Assembly: GCA_010356995.1 (NCBI GenBank)
Contig: ML996701.1
Span: 674,963 to 738,962 of the forward strand
Reading direction: 5' to 3'
Length of the DNA: 64,000 nt
From: Trichodelitschia bisporula
Taxonomy: Eukaryota
Part shown: positions 1 through 11,302 of the stretch, in pieces
Layout: each line of letters opens with the position of its first letter
How positions within the stretch are numbered: the stretch's first letter is position 1
The notes under the pieces: model-generated
The model's database searches: none
What the model was told of the DNA's origin: nothing
The model's input: the letters and a program-made list of their open reading frames with translations, nothing else
Position numbers and translations under genes: made by a program

Positions 1-205
1 CGCAGGCTTGAGCAATCATAAGGGCAGTCCACGGACATGGAGGAAGTGGTTCGGAAGGAGACTCCCGAGCACTTGCTCCCTTTTGCAACGCCTTCTGATG
101 GCATCAGCCATGGTCTTACCACCACGCGGCCTACGTCACCCAGTGCCCGGGACCAACTCTGACCACCGATATGCCAAAGATCTGCCACCAGGGAATGGGG
201 TACGC

Positions 206-408
206 TGATGTGGGTATAGAGAAGCATTCTTATGTAAGCAAGAGACATGATGCAATCTGACTATGGTAGAAGGAAGGAGCAAAGGAGGATACCTGGTATC
301 GTGTATTCAGGTTTCAAGAGTCTCTCCGTCTCTTTCTCTCTTCGTCTTCTACTTCAACCTGCAATTTACACAGATGTCATTGCCTGTGTACGAGCCTTGC
401 TCCCATCA
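206..408 (+). mobile_element. Solo LTR (retrotransposon remnant), 203 bp
   Basis: Termini TGATG(206-210)...CATCA(404-408), flanked by a perfect 5-bp direct repeat TACGC (201-205 and 409-413). Homologous sequence recurs at ~43140-43278 and, more decayed, at 29886-30129. Confidence 0.85.
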
Positions 409-2702
409 TACGCTCGCTCCTGCGAGATCCGACTCGCATACTGCAACACCTGACGGACTCACGCACACCGGCACTCGCAGCACCGATAGGAAATTCATAC
501 GCATGAGGCGCTAGACTACCACCGCCCTCCTCGTCGACTTTCAGGCAAGAGATCTCAGATTCAAGGAGCGTCGTGCTCGGTTGTGCTGTAGTTCCTAGCG
601 ACGAGCCCGTCCAGTGGGGTACTGGACCTCATTCCCCGCGGAGTTCGCACGTTCCGTGCGGGAAGTCCATCGGTATGCCGTCTCACAAAGCCAGATGCCG
701 AGCCGCTTCATCAAGTGCACCCCAACAGCAACGCCCAAAGCCGATATCACATCCGCAACTTAACTCGGCCAGCCTTCCCTCAGCCCCAACCTGCCGATCC
801 CGGTCCCGATCCACCCAATCGGCCCGAAACCCCATGCACACGGTGATCCGCGTTTCACCACCGACCCTACTCATAAAACACCGCAACGCCGAGTGTTTCC
901 ACGCCCAAGCCCACAAAACACCCCCCCATCGTCCCGCATAAACGCACACCCTTCATGTCCCTCCGCAGTAAACGACGCATACGCCGCGCGCCTTGCATCT
1001 CGCAATGGAGCCTCAAACGGACCGCCGCAGGGCTGGCGACGCCACATTTCGGGCAGATAATGAATGCGGTGACATATCCCACGCGTGTCCCCGCGCGGAT
1101 CAAACTGCAATGGCGTCGCGCGCTCGCGACGTACACCGATTATATGCCACCGCGTCTCGCGTTCGCGATGCACGCGGATTATGCCACTGCATACGGATAC
1201 AGGCCCCCGCACTGTCCACAAAACCACGAAGTACACCGCCGCCGAACAGCCCCGCCGACCCCACTGCGAGCGGAACCGTTAAACTGAAACGAAACGCAGC
1301 CGGTGTTTGGCGTAGAGTGGGGAGTGGGGGCTAGGCCCTGGTTCTAGCCCCGCCGCGCCGCTGGCTGGGAACTCATGGTGGAGAAAGTCGCTGCCGCTGT
1401 CATTGGCATTGGGGGGCGCGGGGCGGGCAGGCACTTTGTCTACCGGGGAATGCAGACTCTGCATCTACCCCAAGCCCGCGCGCTCCACCGCACCAATCAC
1501 CCGCTTTCCCGACCTGCCTGCCAAGCGCCCAAGCGCGCACGCGCCGGGCGGCATCCCGGTTTGCTGCGGCTGGGGTGGGCGAGAGGGTGCCGAACCGCGG
1601 GGGTTTTTTTGGGGAGGAGAGGGGGAACAGACAGAGCCGAAGGATGAAAGTGCAGGCTTCAGATGGGGAAGGAGGGAGGCCGCAGGTATAGGGTGCCGAG
1701 GGAGATATAGGGTGCACAGGTTTGAGGGCTATTTGGACTGTACTCGTACTTGGGCGCGAGGTCACAGTGGAGGGAGGACGCGGACGCGGCGCGAAGACGC
1801 TGCGTCTGGATGTTGCGCGGTGGGCGACGGTGGGCGACGGTGTGGCTGGCTTGCGGGTTCGGCGTTGGGTGCGATGTACGACGCGAGGAGGGGAGTGGGC
1901 AGGGATGGAGGGTGTATAGAGATTTTGGGTTGAGAGAATTGGATGAAGGAAAGGTTGTCCGCGATGGTGGGAGGATGGGAAGCAGAAGAATTGATGCTGC
2001 ATCTGCATCTATCGATCGATTCCCAACTCCTACAACTTGCGGCGAGGGGAGGCTGAGGAAAAATGAGGGGCGAATTGGAGGAGGAGGCGTGCCGCAACGG
2101 CGATTTTTGCTTCAATTGCCCGGCCCCTGCGGAGATCGTGCCAGCGGCCCGGTCGCGGGGATGAGGGCGATGGAAGACGAAGAGGTTGTTGGTGATGCAC
2201 TGGAGTGTTTGGTGTTTTGCTGCGAAGTCGTTGTTCTAGTTCGCGGTGGGTGAAGCTTTGACCGATCGTCGCAGGTGTTCTAGGCTGCCCAGCAAAGACT
2301 CTGCATTGGTGAAGCAGACGAGCGTTTGATGTTCTGCGCGCTTGCTTGACCTTTCGCTTGACTCTTTTCTCGTGACTCTCGTGACTTGCAACACCTCAGA
2401 CGCCGTGTGTTTCATGGTCTGGCAGGGGGGAGGCTGGCGGTGATGGGATTGGTGCGCCCGAGAGTTTATTGGCGTTACAGAGCGAGGATGATGGGGAGGG
2501 AGAAGAGGGAGATGGAGAAAGGGAGAGTGGAAGGGAGAGTGGAAGGGAGAAGAGGGACGAGGTGAAGGGAACGCGAAGGATGAGGGGATATCGGGAGCCT
2601 CTTTTTCTCGAGTCTGTTTGTCCCGCGTTTCGCTGCCGTTTGTGTTGTGTTGTTTTCTTCGGGACCTCTCGAGCAACAACAACCACCGAATTCCCTTTCA
2701 AC

Positions 2703-2748
2703 ATCTCCATCTCCTCCATCTCCTCCATCTCCTCCATCTCCTCCATCT
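2703..2748. repeat. 9-bp tandem repeat (CTCCATCTC)n in a pyrimidine-rich upstream region
   Basis: About 4-5 visible units of ctccatctc/catctcctc. Confidence 0.85.
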
Positions 2749-3742
2749 CTCTCCCCTGCCTGCCTGCCTCTCCCTCTTCTATCTCTCTCCTGCCGGCCCC
2801 CGGCTCTTCTATCTCCTACTTCCCTCTCCCCCTTCAATCGGCCTCATCACCTCCATCGCCGTAGCAGCAATCAACATTCTCTCAGCCCCTCTCAACCCCT
2901 CACAACCACCCCTCGTTCTGCTGCTGGTCCCGTCTCCAGTGCATACAGCAAACCCCAGTGCATCTGCAGCCGCCGGTGCAGTACAGTTCGGGCGAAAGAG
3001 ACGTGGAAGAAGAAAAAAAAAAGTGGCATTCAAGCCCCCGTCGTCTCGTCGTCCACTCACATCTCCTCCTTCGTTCCCTCACACGCGCTACCCGGAGTCA
3101 TTGAAGACGGCGGCGCGCAGGGCCTTGAAAGAGGTTGAACAGCCCTTGACTCTCCAGTGTCTCTCTCTCTTGATTCTCTCCACGCCTCGATCGCTTTTCA
3201 TCCTCACGGTGTCCCGTTGTCACCCTCGCCTTTCCCACTCTCGCGCCTCCTCTCAGACGCGCCCTAGGCTCTGAAGTCTCTCTCTCTCACTCCTCCACCG
3301 TCCAAAGAGTCTGGCTGACAAAACGTCTCACCAACCGCGCCAGCCAACCAACCCCCGTTCCAAAACCATCCAAAACCCAACCACTCAGCTTTCACCCCCT
3401 CTCTATCTCCCTCACCCCCCTCCCCCGTCTCCACCACCCCCCCCCCCCCCCCCCTAGGCTTTGGTGTCCAGTTTCTACCGAAACTCTTTCGTGTCTCTCC
3501 CCTCAACAACTCTCACGAGTTTCTCGCAGCCTCACCACCTCTCTCTTCTCTCGCCATTCAACTGCCGCAAGGAGGGAGTGCCATTTCGCTCACTTTTCGG
3601 CGGGTGACAGTTGCACCGGACCTGGTCCAAAACGCACCTTGTTTCGTCGCGACCCGTGAGAAGCAAACCGGCTTCTCTTTTGTTCCTCACTACACCTCTT
3701 CCTCATCCACCACAACAAACACCACCACCACCATCACACACA

Positions 3743-3894
3743 ATGACCGTCTCCGTCGCTGCTCCTCCCGTCTCGTCAGCTCTTGCACCACCCGACAGCA
3801 TGTCGTCGTCGCGCAACTACGCCCTCCTCGCGCCCTCGGGGAGTAGTAGCGGTACCGGCTTGGGCATAGTCAGGCCCACGTTGAGCACCAACAC

Positions 3895-3926
<32 letters not shown>

Positions 3927-5202
3927 GCCACAGTCCGTCTTCGGGGCCAGAGTCAAGTTCGCATGGCCCGCTGCGCAAACCCCCGTCTGAGGGGAAGCGC
4001 TCGCCCAATACGTGAGTAACGCGAAAAGCTTCACAGCTCCTCGTCTCGTCCCGTCTAACACGCTCTCCAGAAACCGCACTCCTACAATTCCCAAAGTAAT
4101 CGTCAAGAAAGAGCCCTCTTCTCCCCCCGCCACCGCTCTCCCCACCCCCCGCCATCGCCCCCGCCGTCTCGATCTCAGCGCCCCAACCATGGCCCCCGCC
4201 GGCGCCCTCTCATCCCGTCCCTCCGCGCCGCTCACATCAAGAGAATCAGCCGGCCTAATGCAGGACGTCGGGCTCGCCTGCCTATCCCCCGGCTTCAGCA
4301 CCCACGACCCCACAATGCGCAACCAGCTCGAGCGCAGCATGAGCGTCCGCGAGCAACAGCGCAAGATCATCGAAGCGCGACAAAAAGGCACGGGAGGCGG
4401 CAGCAAAGACACCGACGGCACCTCCCCCGCCCTCTTCAAAGCAACCCGCACCCCCGGCGGCCGCCGCAAAGGCCCTCCCCCCGGCCTATCAATCCACGCA
4501 CCCTCGGCTTCGCAGTTCGCGAACGAGCGCGTCGTCCAATCTGCCCCACTGCACCAGTCCTTCACCGGGCTGCGCCAGCCCGCGCACCAGCGCTACCCGC
4601 CGCCTACGGCTATGCCGCATAACGCGTCGCAGCAGCATGCCGCGCAGAACCAGCATCAGGGCCAGGACCAGCGGCACATTCACCACGTCCCCGCTACGCA
4701 GACGACTAACCGCCTCCCCCCCATCACGGACGTGTTCAACGACCTCCCGCCCTCGTCCCGGCGGCACAGCCCGCATAATACGCTTCCCGCCCCGCAGCAC
4801 CACGGCCACGGTCAGCACCCGCACACCCTGCCCAGCCCGGGCTTCGCCCCCGTCCCGCACACCGCGGGATACACGCCTGCGTCCCGGCCGCGCGAATACA
4901 AATCCGCAGAGGAAGCAGTACACAGCCTCACCGGCGGGCGCGAGGATTTACTTCCGCGCCTAGTGCACTACGGCGGGCACCAGCCGCCCACGCCACCTAG
5001 TCCTGGTGGGATGGCGGGGAGTCGTCGTCGTGATCGAGAGGAGTATGAGGGGGATGTTAGGACGCCCCCGTTGGGGAGGGGGCCGGCGCAGGCGAAGGCT
5101 AGGAGGGAAGGGGGGGAGAGTGAGGCGGAACGCGCGAAGAGGGAGGAGTTTATTATGCTTTGTGGGCGGCTTTGGGATTTGTTTCATGCACCCGCGGCGT
5201 AG
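3743..5202 (+). CDS. Fungal hypothetical protein, S/P/H-rich and largely disordered (2 exons)
   Basis: ATG at 3743. Intron 4012-4070 (GTGAGT...CTAAC...CAG) joins ORF 3611-4015 in frame to ORF 4012-5202. Contains blocks such as GLACLSPGF and a C-terminal REEFIMLCGRLWDLFH helix. Confidence 0.8.
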
Positions 5203-6233
5203 TGGGAGGGGGGTGTAATGATGTGGAGGCCCTGCGGCTCTGCGCTTAGTGATGTGGAGTTCCGGGAACGGGCGGCACGGGAAGGCCCTTTGGGGGGTTA
5301 TGAGGGGGGAGAATTGTGGAGAGGTTTTCTTTCGGCGTAGGTCATGATGGGAAAATCATTTTGGTTGTCTCGTTTCTTTTTTGGGAGGTGTTGGGGTTGG
5401 GTTATGCATATCCCTTCTACTTTTTCTTGGCGGGGAAGAGAGGTGGTTGGGTTAGTGAGGAATTGGGATTGGGCTTGGATTGGATTGGATTGAGGGGGGG
5501 TTTATTGCCTTCTTGATGAGTCCGCGGGTCGGGTTACACGTTTTTTGTGTTTGGGAGGGGTGGCGGTGGGGATGAGGATTGGGATGGGGATGAGGGTGAT
5601 GAGGGTGATGGTTGCGCATGATATCATGGGAATGTGCGGGTGCTGATATGCTGTGAAAGCCTAATGGAACTGTCTAAGAACCACTTTTGGGTATGGATGT
5701 GAAGCTGTGTTCGTGAGTTGCGACATTGGACGCGGGTACGATATCAAGCTCCGTGCGTGGTGTGGGGTGCACTTTCCGCGCTATCCGCGTCTAGCCGCGT
5801 CTGTCTACGACTACGCCGCTTGTACGCACGATTCTCAAGCTGAGGATATCAGCCACGGGTTCTGGATTCGAGGAAAGGTTTGCTTTGCTCGACTGGCTGG
5901 ACGGGGGATGGTGGTGATGTGGAGGCGTGCACGGTGGGTAAACGGGGCGGAGTACTGTTCACACTGTAGACGCCGCTGTAGACGCCGCTGTATCCGCGCC
6001 GTATGAAGCCCGACGCCGCGAAGGCGCAGTGTCTGCGTTTATGCACGCAGACCTACTCGGGCTATGCCTACCACTGGACACGGGTTATCATCTTGGGCGT
6101 AGGCGGATCGCGGACGTCCAGCCGTGGTGCTCGTAACCTTATCCGCGCCGTTTGCGGCACGGGTGGACGGTGTGATACCCGAGGTTCAGTGGAGAAGGGA
6201 CGCCGGTTGACATCTGGTTGGTTGGGGACGACA

Positions 6234-6797
6234 AGATGACGGGGTTGGATGACTACCCGGCTATGGTGGATGACGGCCTGGAGATGGTGCGGATGATTAC
6301 CCGGGGCTGGGTCTGATGGCTACCCGGGGCTGGGTATGGTGGATTACCCGGTTGGATGACTACCCGGAGCAAGATCTGAGTGACTGGCCCGGCTGGGCCT
6401 GGATGTCTACCCGGCTGGGGAGGGATGACGGCCCGGAGCTGGATGACTACCCGTAGATGGAGGTGGATGACTACCCGCGGCTGGATGACTACCCACAGCT
6501 CAGCCTCGACTACCCATCCGGACCTCGCCAACTACCCGCCCCCCCAGTCCCCCAACGGCTTACAGCATAAACTTCCCAGCACGAGGCACTCGTGCCCGGT
6601 GACGAGGCTGAGCCGCGCTCGCATTATCAGTTTACGTAAGGACAAGAGTAACAACGCTTGTGGCTTGGATGATGACCTGGAGCTGAGTCTGGATGTCTAC
6701 CCGGGCTTGTGGATGACTACCCGCTACTGGGCCTGGATGACTACCCGCAGATAGGCTTTGGTGACTACCCGGATGTGAGCGTCGATGGCTACCCGGA
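6234..6797. repeat. Degenerate array of the GGATGACTACCCG(G) motif with variable spacers
   Basis: About 20 exact or variant copies, e.g. at 6247, 6354, 6441, 6465, 6483, 6711 and 6735, in two clusters (6234-6540 and 6665-6797). Confidence 0.85.
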
Positions 6798-6986
6798 GCT
6801 CAACCTCACGACGGCATGTAGTATATACTCCCCGGCATGGGACGCCACCATCACGCAGCAATAAGAAGGGAGGACTAGCGAGACCCGGCTTGTTGCGGAG
6901 AGCTTTCAAATTGTCTGCCGCGGACTGTGTGGCTTGGGCTGTCTGCTGAGAGATGCCTGGCGGTGCGCGGAGTGTCAGAGTATCTG

Positions 6987-6988
<2 letters not shown>

Positions 6989-7022
<34 letters not shown>
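6989..7022. repeat. Poly-G tract (~34 nt)
   Basis: Homopolymer run seen directly. Confidence 0.9.
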
Positions 7023-7023
<1 letters not shown>

Positions 7024-8930
7024 GGAGTGGGTGTGGTGGGCTGGGTGCTACATGGGATTGTGGGATGCTGGTGGGAGGTACGCTGGATGTCCGCTTCCAC
7101 GGGGGGTGGAAGATAGGATCTCTAGATAGGGCGGAGAGGTACGAGTATGCCAATAGGTGCTTGCGCGACGACGAGAAGACGACGCCACTGTGGCCTGGGC
7201 GCCTACCCGAAACTCAGCCTCACCACGGCGGATATATACAACAGCGCCGCCCTGCATAGACGCCGCAAGCACGCAGCGACGAGGCTGAGCCGCCCTCACA
7301 TAGCAATGAGAAGGGGCGACCAGAACTAGTAGCACCCCCTTTGAAGCGGCACGTCTGACGTCGTCCGCTTGGGGACGACTGGACAATGATGGAGACCTGG
7401 AAGCATCTATTAGTTCTAGCTGGAAGGCGAGCGTAGAAGGCGGGTGGTGGCCGCTGCTAGATGCGGTATGATTCACTAGATGCAGCGGAGAAGACACGCC
7501 GGGCGTCCTCTTGCGCGAGGAGGAGAGCAACAACACATCTCATACCCGGAACGGCTACTTGCCGGCTGGGCTATCTCGATTTCCCTCACTCGGTGATAGG
7601 AAGGGAGACTGACCTGACCGTCCCTGCCAAATAAGAGAGCTACTAGTTCTAGTAACACACAGTCTATGCTGCAATACATCGACCGATCGATCACAGCATA
7701 TTTACTCTGCCCCCAAAACGAGCACTTACCCCCGTCTATAAATCGGCAACAGGCCAAGCTCCCCCGGAAGGGCAGAGTCACTCGGCTCACGAGTCTCTCC
7801 ATCTGCAGCACCGGCCCAGCCGGAACCGAGATGAGCGCGGGTTAGGGCTGTCACGTACCCGGTGCTGGGTCGGCTGTCTTGGTACTCTAGCCGTCCGTGT
7901 CCCGCTGTCACTGTCAGCTCCGGCTTTGGAATCCCACCACACGCTTCGGCTTGCTAACTCCAATGCTCAGTTTTGCGGCGCTAGGCTTGGCTGATTTCCG
8001 GGGTGTGCGGGGGACGTGCAACATACGGTATCTCCGACGGCATCTCCGACGGCGATGCGCCCTAGTTGTAAGGATCGCCTCGCTCTAGTGTAATGATCGC
8101 CTCGTCGTAATGAAAAGATCCCGAGGCCGAAAACGCACGGTCCCCACGGCTGAGAACGGGCTTACCACGTTCGGGGGATGTATCCGGCGGATGAGGCTGC
8201 TATTTTATATCAGGCTTGTGCATTTGTGCCGACTTGACTTGGGTTGGCAATTAGAGCCGCAGCGGAGATATCGATCTGATCTGATTGCCCTAGTTTTACG
8301 TGTTTTTCGTGCGTAACTGGGGCCGAGAAACGGTGGAGGATGCGCGGTCTGGAATCTAGTATGTCTTGGGCTTATTGACTGTGGTGCTCACGCGACGGAC
8401 GGCAGCCCTACGATTCTGCTTGACAGGTGTCGAAACGGTCGCTTAGTCCCGTTGGCTACGGTATTCCTGGCTTCGGCGTGGTGTTTCTCACTGATGCAAC
8501 CAGAACGATTCACCCACCGCACGGGCTTACGTCTTATGTATATCACCCACAGACACAATCCGCCCATGCCATCAGCATCCACCCACTACGGTACCTATCC
8601 CACAACTAGTCAGATCACGAGAGCACACCCCCCCTCGCCTACACAATATACGAACCCCACTTCCCCCGGACCCGCCAGCGTCTCACATGCATCCGATCGG
8701 AAGCAGCCTCATAACACGTACCGAGATATGCTCACTTTATTCTCGGGAGTGCCCTACCGGTCCAAGCGCCGACTTTCGAGATGCACACACGACCTGATGG
8801 AGGAGAGGGTAGATATACTCCCCCACCCGCTGTGTGTCTCTGGTGTTCTAGCCGCTGTCACTCACTTCCCCGGCCACCCCGAACCTCCGTCGCTCATTCG
8901 CCCCTTCCTACCTCCGCCTTCGCCTTCACC

Positions 8931-9932
8931 ATGACAAAGCTCTTCCTCTCCGCCCTGCTGGCAGGCCTGGCCGCTGCCGCCCCCATCGACACAACGCCCA
9001 CCACCCCCACCTCCACCCAGCCCCTCGCCATCGAGCCCATCGGCGCCTCAGTAGCCCAGGTCGCCCGCCCCGTCGCCACAATCGGCAACACCGCCTCCAT
9101 AATGGCCTCCTGCAAAGGCCAATCCTGCGAAATCGCCAACCTCTCCGGGTCCACCGGCAAACTGCCCACCACGCGGCCGGTCGGCGGCGACGAGGCGGGG
9201 TACAAGTGCATCGCGAAGTACAACCTCGCGGGCGTCGAGAAGGCGATGAACAATCCCCCCGGCCCCCCGCAGCCGACCGGGATATCAGGCGCGTTGACCG
9301 GTATCCTGGCGAGCACGAGCTCGGCGCTCACGTTCGGGGAGCCGACGACCAAGGGCACGTTTCGCGGGCGGTGTACGGCGAATATTGTGCTTTTTGCACG
9401 CGGGACGACGGAGACGGGGACGTTGGGGATTACGGTTGGCCCGGCGTTGAGTTCGGGGCTCACGGGGCGGGATTGGAGTGTGGTGGGCGTGGCGTATGAT
9501 GCGGATTTCAAGGGGGATAATTGCCTCGGCCTGCCCGGGGGCCAGGTTATGAAGGATTATATCAATCAGGCGGCGGAGAAGTGTCCGAATAGTAAGTTGT
9601 TTGTGAGTGGGTACTCCGAGGGGGGGATGGTGAGCCATAATGGGGTGGCGTATGCGAATCCGGAGGCGGTGAAGAAGGTTGCGGTGAGTTTTTGTGCTTC
9701 TCCTGGGAGGTTGGGACTGTGCTGATGAGGATAGGCGGTTGTGGTCTTCGGCGATCCGTTCCAGGGCGCACCGATTAAGGGGTATAGCGGGCCGATTATC
9801 ACCTTCTGCAAGGACGGGGACTCGGTTTGCACGGGCAACTTCGTCATCAGCATGGCGCATCTGGCGTATGTCGGTGCGGATACGACGAAGGCGATTGCGG
9901 AGATGAAGCGCATTGCGGCTGGAAAGGCGTAG
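8931..9932 (+). CDS. Secreted cutinase (CE5 family), 2 exons
   Basis: Signal peptide MTKLFLSALLAGLAAA; FARGTTE, GYSEG nucleophile elbow, VFGDP, C..GDSVC and HLAY motifs. Intron 9684-9734 restores the frame. Confidence 0.92.
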
Positions 9933-10052
9933 GCGGTTCGACATGGCAGGATGGGTGGGGGGGTGGGCGTAATGGAATCCGGGATCCGTGTAGATAGAGC
10001 AGCAGTGGTAACCATGCATCGTCCCCCCCCCTGGCATCTCATTCGTGTGTTC

Positions 10053-10658
10053 CTAATCCCCAAACCCCGCTCCCCACCCTGCGACTTCCTCTCTCGTCAC
10101 GTCTCGCGTAGGCACGTCGCCCAGTCCCCATTTCTCGGCTAGCATGGCGGCGAGGAGATGCTTGCACACGGGCGGGACCCCAGGATCGTGCGCCGGACCG
10201 CCCCAGATCCACGCATCTAGTGCCAGTTCCGGAACCTCTATTGCCGCATCGCTGGGTGAAGCATCCCGCGCGGGAAAAGCGGCGAAAGCAAAGGCCGCGC
10301 ACGAACAGCTCCACGCCCAGGGACGCACTTCGTAGATCGTGCCCGTGGTGTCGCGGTCGCGCGTGTTGGGCCGCGGTGTCTGGGCGGAGTGCACGAGGTA
10401 GAGAGGGGGGTTCGGGCGGGTGGGTGCCGTGATACCGGAGTTGGGGATACTGGAGTTGGGGGAAGATGGGACCGGGACGGTGAGACGCGTGACGAGGTTC
10501 CGATCCAGCAGGTCGAGGGCGTGGAGGAGGGTGTGCGGGAAGAGGTGGTGCAGGGTGAGGAGGGCGGGTTTGGCGCTTGAGGGGAGGGTGGGGATGGGTG
10601 CTTCGGGTGGGGGGGAGAGGAGGGAAGTTAAGAAGCGGCGCGGGGTGGGGAGGGACAT
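10053..10658 (-). CDS. SWIM-type zinc-finger protein, Sws1/Shu2-like (recombination Shu complex)
   Basis: LLHALDLLD N-terminal helix and SWIM motif WSCSC...VCKHLLA (CxC-xn-CxH); small single-exon ORF. Confidence 0.75.
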   Translation of the reverse strand: MSLPTPRRFLTSLLSPPPEAPIPTLPSSAKPALLTLHHLFPHTLLHALDLLDRNLVTRLTVPVPSSPNSSIPNSGITAPTRPNPPLYLVHSAQTPRPNTRDRDTTGTIYEVRPWAWSCSCAAFAFAAFPARDASPSDAAIEVPELALDAWIWGGPAHDPGVPPVCKHLLAAMLAEKWGLGDVPTRDVTREEVAGWGAGFGD

Positions 10659-11302
10659 TGTTGTGCTGATGGGGGTGGGTGTGGTGACGGAGATGGAGTG
10701 GTGAAGCGGGATGTGGTGGTGAGTGTTGAGTGGCTTGGCGGCAGGGATGGGGCGCCAGCCTTGTTAAGACGTTGGTTGTGCAGGGGCGGGGGGGTTTGAG
10801 GGTTGATATTTCACGATGTGAGGAGATATGTGGGTTGAGGAATGAAGACGGGTTAGTACTGAGCTATTGAATGATCTAGACTAATGATTGGCAGGCATTG
10901 CCATGAGGCCACTCCGCTATCCCCAACGCCCAATGTCCAAACCCCGAAATCACCAACGCCTTCAACCCCACGCTCCGAGCATCAGACCTCGTGGACCTTG
11001 CTCATCCCAAGCGGAAACTAAACCAATTAGTACAGCTGTTGGTGACCGGCAGCAAGCAATATGAGAGGCTAAACCTATTGAACATCACAGGGCCCTCCTC
11101 CTGCAGCGGGGGCCCCGTCGGCCGCTGGATGCCGGTCACTCGGTCTCGCCCTGTACGACTATTTAGCCAATATGGAAAAACCTAACAAAGGCCAGGTGGG
11201 GTAATCAAGGGGCTGCGCCGGGGTGCGGCCCTATGCATGGGCCGATGCATGAAAGAGATGTTCCTGAGAGAATCTTGATGTGCTCCGGCAGAGGCGGTGC
11301 AC

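Noticed and set aside
500..3700. Many 60-220-aa ORFs
   Set aside because: They are low-complexity CT/GA-rich translations with no domain signature, more consistent with a long promoter or 5' UTR.
6234..6797. CRISPR-like repeat-spacer appearance
   Set aside because: The genome is eukaryotic, the repeats are short and degenerate, spacers are short and irregular, and there are no cas genes.
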